Below, in pieces: positions 29,927-38,485 of a stretch of DNA of 64,000 nt. Positions within the stretch are counted from its first letter, which is position 1. The number at the start of each line of letters is the position of its first letter. The stretch is from Cyanophyceae cyanobacterium. GTDB taxonomy: Bacteria; Cyanobacteriota; Cyanobacteriia; Cyanobacteriales; JBHJGN01. Where the stretch lies: assembly GCA_050331735.1 (NCBI GenBank), contig JBHJGN010000019.1, forward strand, positions 64,001-128,000, read 5' to 3'. The translations under genes were made by a program, and so were the position numbers. The notes beneath the pieces are model-generated. The model was not told the origin of the DNA. It saw only the letters and a list, made by a program, of their open reading frames with translations, and did not search any database.

Positions 29927-31438
29927 ATGAGTCTCATTGCTGCTAAACCTGTTTCTTACTGGATCGACTCAACTCCAGAAGCCGAATTTCCTTCACTGAC
30001 TCACAATGTTTTAGTCGATGTCGCCATTGTGGGTGCCGGAATTGCTGGTCTTACTGCCGCCACCCTACTGAAGCGAGCGGGTAAAACTGTTGCCGTGGTC
30101 GAATCGAAGCAGATTTCGACCGGAGTCAGCGGTCATACGACGGCAAAAGTAACCTCCCTACATCAGCTCATTTACGCCGATCTGACGAAAGAAATCGGCG
30201 AGGAGAAAACCCGGCTCTATGCCGAGTCTAACCAGGCGGCAGTGGAGCGCGTCGCTCAGTTTATCAAAGAAGAGCAGATCGACTGCGATTTTAGCCGCAG
30301 AAGCACCTACACCTACGCGCGATCGCAACAGCAGCTAAGCCAGGTGGAAGCGGAAGTAGAAGCGGCCCTGAAAGCAGGACTGCCGGCTTCTTTGGTGAAC
30401 GATACCTCTTTACCATTCCCCGTTGCTGGGGCCATTAAAGTTGACAATCAAGTGCAGTTCCACTCGCGCAAGTATCTTCTGCACCTCGCCAAGAGTCTTC
30501 CCGGTAACGGCAGCTATGTGTTTGAAAATACTAGAGTTGAGTCGGTAGAAGAAGGAGACCCCTGTCAGGTGATCACTCAGCGAGGAGTCGTAGAAGCTCA
30601 AGATGTCCTAATTACCACCAACTTGCCGATTCTCGATCAAGGACTGTTCTTTGCCAAGACCTATCCCAAGCGTTCCTACATCATTGGGGCTCCTATTGAC
30701 CCGGCTAAAGCGCCAGAAGGAATGTTTATCGGCACCGGAGAAAACTACCACTCGATTCGTACCACTCCTTACGAAAATGGCTTGCTGTTGCTGGTCGGCG
30801 GCGGCGGACATAAAGTCGGGACAGTCACGAACACCGAGGAAAAATATCAGCAGCTCGAAGAATTTGCGCGATCGCACTTTGATATCGATACGATTGACTA
30901 CCGCTGGTCTACCCAAGATATGGTCTCGTTCGACAAGCTGCCCTACATTGGTAAGCTGACTCCTCTTAATAATCATCTCTACGTCGCCACTGGCTTCAGT
31001 CTGTGGGGAATGAGCAAAGGCACTCTCTCAGGAATGCTGCTTAGCGATCTCGTCCTCGGTAAAAACAATCCTTGGTCCGATCTTTACGATGCCACTCGCG
31101 CGACCCCGTTTATTTCCCAACAGTCAATCCAGGAAAACTTAGATGTCGGGCGGCATTGGGTCGGCGATCGCCTCAAGGGGTTAACGGCATCGGTGTCTGA
31201 TGTGAACAACGGTGAGGGCAAGCTGATTACCGTTAACGGCGAGAAAGTAGCAGCCTACCGAGATCAGCAGGGTAAACTACACGCGGTTTCCGCCGTTTGT
31301 TCCCATTTAGCCTGTATTGTTGACTGGAATAGCGCTGAAAAGAGTTGGGACTGCCCCTGTCACGGAGCACGCTTCACCTACGATGGCGAAGTATTGCGCG
31401 GTCCGGCGGTGAAAGACTTAGACAAATATAACCTGTAG
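29927..31438 (+). CDS. FAD-dependent oxidoreductase with C-terminal Rieske [2Fe-2S] domain (YhfW-like)
   Basis: DVAIVGAGIAGL, GHTTAKVT, CSHLAC...WDCPCHGARF Rieske motif; ATG 29927. Confidence 0.92.
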   Translation: MSLIAAKPVSYWIDSTPEAEFPSLTHNVLVDVAIVGAGIAGLTAATLLKRAGKTVAVVESKQISTGVSGHTTAKVTSLHQLIYADLTKEIGEEKTRLYAESNQAAVERVAQFIKEEQIDCDFSRRSTYTYARSQQQLSQVEAEVEAALKAGLPASLVNDTSLPFPVAGAIKVDNQVQFHSRKYLLHLAKSLPGNGSYVFENTRVESVEEGDPCQVITQRGVVEAQDVLITTNLPILDQGLFFAKTYPKRSYIIGAPIDPAKAPEGMFIGTGENYHSIRTTPYENGLLLLVGGGGHKVGTVTNTEEKYQQLEEFARSHFDIDTIDYRWSTQDMVSFDKLPYIGKLTPLNNHLYVATGFSLWGMSKGTLSGMLLSDLVLGKNNPWSDLYDATRATPFISQQSIQENLDVGRHWVGDRLKGLTASVSDVNNGEGKLITVNGEKVAAYRDQQGKLHAVSAVCSHLACIVDWNSAEKSWDCPCHGARFTYDGEVLRGPAVKDLDKYNL

Positions 31439-31704
31439 ATCAACTGAGGGGAAAGGAAGAAGCGGTGCGGCTCTGCGCCTCGAAGGGGTACTTTCAGAAA
31501 AGCTTCGCTAACGGCATCCTCCTGGACGCAATCACGGGGCTTCCAAAGTATCGCTAGTTGTGCGGAGGTTGCCTTCGCAAAGATTTGGCGGCGGAACAAG
31601 TCGGAACTCGGTTTCGGCAGTGCACTTTCCCGCCGTACGACGGCGGGAAACGGCGACCGCAGCACTAGGGCGGGCGGCTGCATTCCGAACACAATAGCTA
31701 CGTC

Positions 31705-31855
31705 ATACCAATTAGAAAAAGTCATGAGAGACTTGATCCGTTGGGAAAAAGGGGAAAGGGTCAGGGGGAAAGGTAAACACAGCAAGCCTTTCCCTTTTAA
31801 GAGCCAACTCTTTGTTAGTTAGGAGAACTATCTCACTACTTTCGGTCAATGGTAT
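31705..31855. repeat. MITE-like short element bounded by ATACCA/TGGTAT with internal GGGGAAA tract
   Basis: ATACCAATT at 31705 and AATGGTAT ending 31855; internal purine-rich heptamers and a pyrimidine counterpart. Confidence 0.4.
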
Positions 31856-31938
31856 CAATTAGATTAGCGGGATGAGCTTTGCTCCGAGCAGCCGCCGTAA
31901 CCGCTTTAGCCACTACCATCTGACCGCGTTTGCTACTG

Positions 31939-33480
31939 CTAACTTCGGCTATAGCAGGAGGTAATTGCCGCCAAAACGGCTAGAACAATAGTTAGCCAGT
32001 CTCCCCATCTGACGTATAAAGTCTGCGTCTGTCTTCGGTAAATTGTGCCTGCGTAGACTTCGTAGGTATTAATATCAGAAATCCATACTGTTCTTCCATG
32101 AGGATCGACAACGCCAGAATAGCCAGTGTTGGTCGCTCGTGCTGCCCAGCGGTCGGTTTCAATAGCTCGCATTACGTCTTGGGCGTGGTGTTGGGCAGGC
32201 ATGGTGCTGCTGTAATGAGCATTGTTGGAGGCGGTGAGAATCAATTCACCTCCCTGGGCCGCCTGCCTGCGGAAGTGGCGAGCGTAAGTAGAATCGTAGC
32301 AGATACCAACGATCGCTCGACCGAACGGAGTAGCGAGTACCTGGTCTGGAGATCCGGCAATCTGATGCTCGTCGAGAGGGGATAAGCGCTCGATGATTCC
32401 CCCAAGAACGGATTCAAACGGTACGTACTCGCCGACAGGCACTAAATTAACCTTGTCGTAACGGCTAAAAATGCCGTCCTCGGTCATGGTAAAAAGACTG
32501 TTGGTGTAGCCGCGTTGATGATGGCCAAACGTTCCTACCCAAGCCACAACGCCTTGCTCTCGAATCGCCTGTACCAGAGTGCTATTCATCAATTTGTCTT
32601 GAAAGAACGGGAGCGCTCCTTCCGGGGTTAACACCGCTTCCACTCCTGCCTCTACTAATTGCTGATAGCCTCTTGTATATCCTGTTAGGGCGCGACGTAA
32701 CCCTGGGGCAGAGAGCTTGATGACGTTCGGAATATTTCCCTGAATAATGCCAACCTTTAGCGCCGCTGCTTGTGGATCTGCCAGTGGGCGAGCATACATT
32801 CCCCAGCCAATTAAATGCAGGCCCAGAAAAACAATTAGAGGAAGGACAAGGAGAACTGGTTTTTGCTGACGGCTGCTTCTGATGGCGATGATGCCTTCGG
32901 CTATTAAACCATTAACGGCCACAAGTGCCGCTGTTACTGTTGTCGGTCCTGACAGTTTGCCAAGCTGAAGAATCGCCAGATTGTACGGGCTTTGAGTATA
33001 AGATAAAGAACTCCACCACAGCGGTCCGGCACTCCAAATCGCTTCTAAAACACACCAACAGGCAACGCCGAAGAGAACGCGGCTCAGGCTGGGCAAGAAT
33101 TTTTGTCGAGATGATGCTGAGAGTAGCATCATTCCCGCTGACCAAAGCGCCACTAAAGCAGCTCCCCAGAAAGTAATAAATAGCCAGCAGGCGATCGCAA
33201 TCAGTAAACTACTCAACCAAGGCACTCCCATCCAGGTCATCGGATGAACGCCGGTAATCCAAAACAGGGCCAAGCCGTGATAGCCGACTCCCCAGGCAGT
33301 TGCCCACAGCAGTTTGCTCTTAATACTTGGTTTAGCTAAAGCGAGTAACATCCACAGCGGCGCTAACCCCACCCAGGCAAGCAGATAGCTATTAATCGGT
33401 GCCGTGGCACACCCCGTTACGATGCCGCTGAACAGAGCTATTAGAGGAATGACCGTATTTTTACGCAGAGATTTCAGCAA
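31939..33480 (-). CDS. lnt: Apolipoprotein N-acyltransferase
   Basis: Multiple TM, IIQGNI, LTPEGA (Glu), RYDKVNLVPVGEYVP (Lys), GICYDS (Cys), RAIETDRW..RATNTGYS. Confidence 0.93.
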   Translation of the reverse strand: MLKSLRKNTVIPLIALFSGIVTGCATAPINSYLLAWVGLAPLWMLLALAKPSIKSKLLWATAWGVGYHGLALFWITGVHPMTWMGVPWLSSLLIAIACWLFITFWGAALVALWSAGMMLLSASSRQKFLPSLSRVLFGVACWCVLEAIWSAGPLWWSSLSYTQSPYNLAILQLGKLSGPTTVTAALVAVNGLIAEGIIAIRSSRQQKPVLLVLPLIVFLGLHLIGWGMYARPLADPQAAALKVGIIQGNIPNVIKLSAPGLRRALTGYTRGYQQLVEAGVEAVLTPEGALPFFQDKLMNSTLVQAIREQGVVAWVGTFGHHQRGYTNSLFTMTEDGIFSRYDKVNLVPVGEYVPFESVLGGIIERLSPLDEHQIAGSPDQVLATPFGRAIVGICYDSTYARHFRRQAAQGGELILTASNNAHYSSTMPAQHHAQDVMRAIETDRWAARATNTGYSGVVDPHGRTVWISDINTYEVYAGTIYRRQTQTLYVRWGDWLTIVLAVLAAITSCYSRS

Positions 33481-33486
33481 TTTGAA

Positions 33487-33963
33487 TTAATGAGGCAGAA
33501 AATCTAGGTCGAGAACTTGTTCAGGCGTGAAAGGCGACTGCTCAGGAAAAGATTTCAGCGCTAAGCGAGTTTCGATGGCGGCTCGTCTTCTAGCCCGTTG
33601 ATAGAGAGCCTCAAAGTTTTCGTTATAAAAGCGCTTTAAGCTAGGACTCTCTTGAAAATCAACTTCTAAACGCTCTCTGTGCTCGTTGATGGAGGAGAGC
33701 CAGCTATTGCTTCTTTTGTCTGACTGATATTTCCATTTAAGAAGACGAAGCAAGACGATTTTGGCGTTATTCAAGAGCGCCTTTTTCTCGCTTCTGCCCA
33801 ACGCTTCAATTTCCTCAATCAGATTGTCCCAGTCTACAGTATCAAAATCTTTGGCCTTTAATTGTTGGGCTGTCTGCTGTATCCATAGCCAAAAATCAGT
33901 ATCGTAGAGATTTTTTAAAGTTGAGCGATCGCTGCTCTTCTCCAGAAATCTAAAATCTTTCAA
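33487..33963 (-). CDS. DUF29 domain protein
   Basis: LYDTDFWLW, DWDNLIEEIEALGRSEK, LLKWKYQ, SPSLK, FPEQSPFT. Confidence 0.9.
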   Translation of the reverse strand: MKDFRFLEKSSDRSTLKNLYDTDFWLWIQQTAQQLKAKDFDTVDWDNLIEEIEALGRSEKKALLNNAKIVLLRLLKWKYQSDKRSNSWLSSINEHRERLEVDFQESPSLKRFYNENFEALYQRARRRAAIETRLALKSFPEQSPFTPEQVLDLDFLPH

Positions 33964-34064
33964 GGGTATTCTCCTATTTCCTCCCGTCGAAGAAAAATAA
34001 TGCTCGGGAAGAGTCTTGTCAGCATGATATCTTCATAGTATCTCAGAGCAATTTAACAATCAGC

Positions 34065-34630
34065 GGCGTTGCATATATAGAGAGATGAGTATAGAAGAAA
34101 GTCGATGAAATGTCCAGAATACCGCTCCCAGCATATCCGCAAAAACGGCAAGAACAAAGGCAAGCAAAACTATATTTGTGTAGCTTGTAGACGTCAATTG
34201 ATCACTGACTACAAAGCCCACAAAGGTTACTCAGACGAGTTTAAGCGAGAAGGTCTCAAGCTGTATGTCAACGGCATGGGTTTGCGAGCGATTGAGAGAG
34301 TCAAAGGAGTGCATCATACAACGGTAATTACTGGGGTAAAGCAAATTGGAGAACTCTTGCCGGATACCTACGATCTGGAGACGACGCCCCAAGTCGGAGA
34401 ATTAAATGAGTTGGAAACGTTAGTCGGCATAAAAAAAACAAATTTGGCTGTGGACGGCAGTAGATCACTTGGTTCGCGGAATTGTCGGTTGGTCTCTAGG
34501 CGACCGGAGAGCCGAAGCTTTTCGACCCTTAGGGAATTTGGGATGCCAATGGCAATGCTATTTCTATGTCACTAATGGCGCTCAAGTCTACCAACGTTTT
34601 ATTGCTGATGGCGACCCGATTATGAGTAAA
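34065..34630 (+). mobile_element. Degenerate IS1-family transposase remnant (insA/insB-like)
   Basis: MKCPEY..HIRKNG..GKQNY.C..C, LYVNGMGLRAIERVKGVHHTTV, A8C run at 34431-34439, then QIWLWTAVDH..GIVGWSLGDR in another frame; truncated. Ends approximate. Confidence 0.85.
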
Positions 34631-34669
34631 ACCGACGACCCACCTCGAAAATACCTGAAGAAGGCATCT

Positions 34670-35275
34670 ATGAGCTATTTAAAGTTACACACATCTCTTT
34701 TCGTGACGGCGCTTGTTGTTCTCGCACCGACAGCAGCAGTCGCCCAGAGCGATATTCGTACAGAGCGGGTTCAGTTTGAGCCGGGCGCAAGCAGTGCCGT
34801 CATCGAGGACTCTATCACTGGCTACGAGATCGTAGACTATGTTCTCAACGCCAGAGAAGGACAGTATGCGAACGTTAGCATGGCAACCGACAATAGCGTT
34901 AATTACTTCAACATCCTGAGACCGGGTGAAAACGCAGTGGCCATGTTCAACAGCTCTACGGGCGTGAATCAGTACGAGGGGATTCTTCCTGAGAGCGGCG
35001 ACTACAAGATTCGGGTCTACATGATGCGGAGCGCCGCACGCCGGAACGAGGTAGCCAACTACCGCCTCGAAATGATTATTACAAATCCTGGGGGCAGTGT
35101 CTCCGATAGTGATGCCTCAGTTGAGGGAACTAACAATAATGCAATGGGCAACGTTTCCTGTACAATGTCTGAGGGACAGCCGACTGGTTCTGACCCCTTC
35201 GGTGTCACTCGTGAGGAAAACGGGACGGGCATCTTTACAGACATTAGGTTCGATCGTCTCGCTCGGCGGTGGTAG
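34670..35275 (+). CDS. Secreted protein with PPC-like beta-sandwich domain, probably 3'-truncated
   Basis: ATG 34670, signal peptide ending AVA-Q, ERVQFEPGASSAVIEDSITGYEIVDYVLNAREGQ, LPESGDYKIRVY. Confidence 0.7.
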   Translation: MSYLKLHTSLFVTALVVLAPTAAVAQSDIRTERVQFEPGASSAVIEDSITGYEIVDYVLNAREGQYANVSMATDNSVNYFNILRPGENAVAMFNSSTGVNQYEGILPESGDYKIRVYMMRSAARRNEVANYRLEMIITNPGGSVSDSDASVEGTNNNAMGNVSCTMSEGQPTGSDPFGVTREENGTGIFTDIRFDRLARRW

Positions 35276-35319
35276 TGATGCTTTGGGGAGAGATCGCGGT
35301 AATCTCAGAAAACCGCTTG

Positions 35320-35765
35320 AAGTCAGCACTCGCGGCATTGCGAAAGGGCGAGGTGTGGCACTGTTATCGACTTTGGGAGTCTGTAGCGGCTACGCCGTTC
35401 ATACAGCGTTAGCCGTGTAGGTTTATCAGCCCTACTGCAAGCATCTGCAACTGCCTTTGAGATCGTCCGCTATGCTGGTGCAGGTTATCTCGTCTATTTG
35501 GGGATGCGGACTCTATTGAGCAAAGAGTCTTCAATACCAGCAAACCGTGAAGCAAGAACGTAGGACGTGTTCCCTTACAAATGCTGGTTTACGGGCTATC
35601 TTTTACAGCTTTGTGCCTACTAATTTATGGAACAATTGGATATTTTGCGGGGGATTGGGAAACCGCCTGATTCAGCAACCGCGAATTGCTGATTTTATGA
35701 AGTGGTTTTCCGGCAGTGTTTTAATTGGATTAGGGTTAAAAATGGCAATTCCAGAGCGCCAGTAG
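35320..35765 (+). pseudogene. LysE/RhtB family translocator remnant
   Basis: RGIAKGRGVALLSTLGVCSGYAVHTALAV, frameshift, GLSALLQASATAFEIVRYAGAGYLVYLG, ...WFSGSVLIGLGLKMA; no 5' end. Confidence 0.8.
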
Positions 35766-35848
35766 TGAAAATGCATCACAAGGCGATCGCCAACGCTGAA
35801 ATAGATAACGACACGCTACCCAGATTTCACAAGTAACTTCAACTGGAA

Positions 35849-36310
35849 ATGGATACCGCCAAGCTATATGAAACTGATTTTTATCAGTGGACGCAGGAAA
35901 CCTCGCGAGCCATTCAAGAACGAGATATCGAACACCTAGATTGGGAAAATTTAGCGGAGGAGATAGAAGCATTGGGTAGAGCAGAAAAAAGAGCCGTTAA
36001 CAGCTTTACTACCCAATTACTCATTCACTTACTCTATCTTCAATTTTGGACGTGGCGGAGAGACTATTACATCAAGGGGTGGGAGAGCGACATTGATACG
36101 TTTCGTCTTCAGCTCATAGACCTTCTAGAGTCGAAAGTACTTTATAACTACTTTACTACTGAACTGAACGCCAACTACAGAAAAGCGATCCGATTAGCTG
36201 CCGGAAAGTATCAAAAAGAACGGTTAGTTGGGCCAAATTTTCCAGAACAATGTCCGTACACGGTAGAACAACTGCTAGCTCTAGAGTACTTTCCACGCCT
36301 CGAGAATTGA
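35849..36310 (+). CDS. DUF29 domain protein
   Basis: LYETDFYQW, LDWENLAEEIEALGRAEKR, LLIHLL, FPEQCPYT. Confidence 0.9.
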   Translation: MDTAKLYETDFYQWTQETSRAIQERDIEHLDWENLAEEIEALGRAEKRAVNSFTTQLLIHLLYLQFWTWRRDYYIKGWESDIDTFRLQLIDLLESKVLYNYFTTELNANYRKAIRLAAGKYQKERLVGPNFPEQCPYTVEQLLALEYFPRLEN

Positions 36311-36342
36311 GGGGCGATCGCTTGTTTAAGTGCGATCGCCCC
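36311..36342. terminator. Hairpin built from two HIP1 sites between convergent genes
   Basis: GGGGCGATCGC-ttgtttaagt-GCGATCGCCCC. Confidence 0.6.
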
Positions 36343-36361
36343 CTTGCTAACAGGAGAAAAT

Positions 36362-36955
36362 CTAATCGTTAATAAACTTGAGCAGCGCTTGCTCAAGTTC
36401 TTCTGGGGAACCGATACTAGTAGCAGGCGTAGTATCAACAATGTCAAACTGTGCTCCTAGCCCTTGCAGTTCGTCATCGAGGAACTGAAGAAAAGACGTA
36501 GCGTTCGGATCGTCGCCAATCTGGAAAAAGCCGATCGCTAGATCCTCATCCTTTTTAATCTTGCGGCTAGCTTCAATAATCACTTCTGCCACCGCTTTTT
36601 TGTTGTCAGGCTGACCATCGGTAATGACAATCACTGTTCGAGGAACTTCTGGCATAAAATTAGCCAGAGCTGTCTTAATCGCTCCATCCATATTCGTCGT
36701 TCCCCACGCCTTGATGTTAGTCACCACTTCACTAACGTTGGCGGGGGTAACGTTGCCGTGATCTGTAACCTTAGAGCCAAACGTAATCAGGTTAATGCCA
36801 TCGGGATCGAGCTGACTAACGGCATCAGCGATCGCAATCGTAATTTCCTTGACGCGATCGAGTCGAGACACGCCCACGTTGTCCTCGTTCGTCATGGAGG
36901 TGCTGACATCAAGTAGCAAATAGTAATCGCGGGTAAGAGAGTCAGTGTTTACCAT
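36362..36955 (-). CDS. Standalone von Willebrand factor A (vWA) domain protein
   Basis: MIDAS LLLDVSTSM, GTTNM, VIVITDGQPD, FLQFLDDELQ..GA.FDIVDT; ATG 36955. Confidence 0.88.
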   Translation of the reverse strand: MVNTDSLTRDYYLLLDVSTSMTNEDNVGVSRLDRVKEITIAIADAVSQLDPDGINLITFGSKVTDHGNVTPANVSEVVTNIKAWGTTNMDGAIKTALANFMPEVPRTVIVITDGQPDNKKAVAEVIIEASRKIKKDEDLAIGFFQIGDDPNATSFLQFLDDELQGLGAQFDIVDTTPATSIGSPEELEQALLKFIND

Positions 36956-37190
36956 AGTTGTCCTTGTATGAAACGCTGCAATCAAGTAGGTCAAGCCCCC
37001 TTGATCGACCTGCCACTCAGTCTAGCCTTGGCTCAAACAGAACCGCAATGACCACAATCTGTCAAATCAGTAGACCAAGACTGGCGCTGGATAGGTGACG
37101 ATTGAGGTCGTTGATGGTTAATTGTTGATAGTTGGTAGGAACAATCAGCCATTAACCACTCACAATCAACGTAATTAATAATCAACAAGC

Positions 37191-38207
37191 ATGAAATACA
37201 AACTACTCGGCAACAGCGGCCTGAGAGTATCAGAACTTTGCTTAGGAACCCGCACCTTTGGTAATCGCAGTTCTTTGGGCGCAGAAGATGCAGAAAGCCG
37301 CCAGATTTTTGAGGCGTTCATGGAAGCTGGCGGCAACTTTATCGATACCGCCAATGCCTATGGCGAAGGGAACAGCGAAAAGCTGGTCGGAGAATTTGTG
37401 CGGGCAGAACGTGATCGCTTCGTCATCGCTACCAAGTATTCGTTTGCTCTGCGACAAGGCGATCCTAACGCCGGAGGAAATCACCGCAAGAGTTTGCGAT
37501 CTGCTGTCGAGGGCAGCCTTGAGCGCATCAATACCGACTATATTGATCTACTGTGGCTCCATGCCTGGGACTCACTGACTCCCATTGAAGAAGTGATGCG
37601 CTCTTTAGATGACATGGTGCGTTCAGGAAAAGTACTGTACCTCGGCATTTCCGATTCCCCTGCTTGGATAGCAGCCCAAGCTAATACCCTTGCCCGCTGT
37701 TACGGCTGGACCCCGTTTGTCGCGCTTCAGGGAGAGTATAGCTTGGTCGAGCGATCGCTGGAGCGAGAGCTGCTGCCAATGGCGCGAGCTTTCGATTTGG
37801 CCGTTTTAACCTGGAGTCCTTTGGGGAGTGGTGTTCTCACAGGAAAATATAACAGCGACAGCCCAGATTCCGGACGCTACTCGGAAAGTTCTGAGATTCC
37901 TCCTCGTCAGCTAGAAATTGCCTCAGTGGTGGTAAAAATTGCTGAAGAACTAGGGAAAGCTCCCTCCCAGGTGGCGCTGGCGTGGCTTCGGGCTCAGCCG
38001 GGCGTAATTATTCCCCTCATCGGGGCGCGTAAAGCCTACCAGGTGCAAGAAAACTTAGGCTGTGTCGATGTGGCTCTCAGCCATGACCATCTCCAGCGAC
38101 TCGAACAGGTGAGCCAGATTGAACTGGGCTTTCCCCACGATTTTCTTGCTTTAAACGGCATTAAAAAGCTACTGACGGGCGATACTTTTGATAACTTGAT
38201 TGTTTAG
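37191..38207 (+). CDS. Aldo/keto reductase
   Basis: LGNSGLRVSELCLGT, GNFIDTANAY, IATKY, DYIDLLWLH, WSPLGSGVLTGKY. Confidence 0.93.
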   Translation: MKYKLLGNSGLRVSELCLGTRTFGNRSSLGAEDAESRQIFEAFMEAGGNFIDTANAYGEGNSEKLVGEFVRAERDRFVIATKYSFALRQGDPNAGGNHRKSLRSAVEGSLERINTDYIDLLWLHAWDSLTPIEEVMRSLDDMVRSGKVLYLGISDSPAWIAAQANTLARCYGWTPFVALQGEYSLVERSLERELLPMARAFDLAVLTWSPLGSGVLTGKYNSDSPDSGRYSESSEIPPRQLEIASVVVKIAEELGKAPSQVALAWLRAQPGVIIPLIGARKAYQVQENLGCVDVALSHDHLQRLEQVSQIELGFPHDFLALNGIKKLLTGDTFDNLIV

Positions 38208-38485
38208 GGAGGCTAGATTGTACTTCGTCAATCAGGTCTGCTGAGTCGCTCAATCGGTAAGCTGAATCCCTGACGTGCCGTGCTGAAAACTCCTCACCAA
38301 ACATAGATTCTCTCTCAAAAAACTCGTTTGGCCGAGTTTGTCTGGTTAGCGGCGGTTTTAAACCGCTGCTATTCTGAGCTTATTATTCTCTTAACTTCCC
38401 AGTATTAATCTAAGCCTTGAATGGGCCTTCTATTCGGACAAAAAATAGAAAGCTGATTTGATGACCCTTGAGCAAAGAGAATCCT

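Noticed and set aside
31378..31785. 135-aa minus-strand ORF
   Set aside because: Runs through repeat and hairpin DNA, overlaps the Rieske gene end and has no recognisable motif.
34469..35275. 268-aa ORF as one genuine fusion protein
   Set aside because: The first ~55 codons are IS1 insB-like debris; the real gene appears to start at ATG 34670 with a signal peptide.
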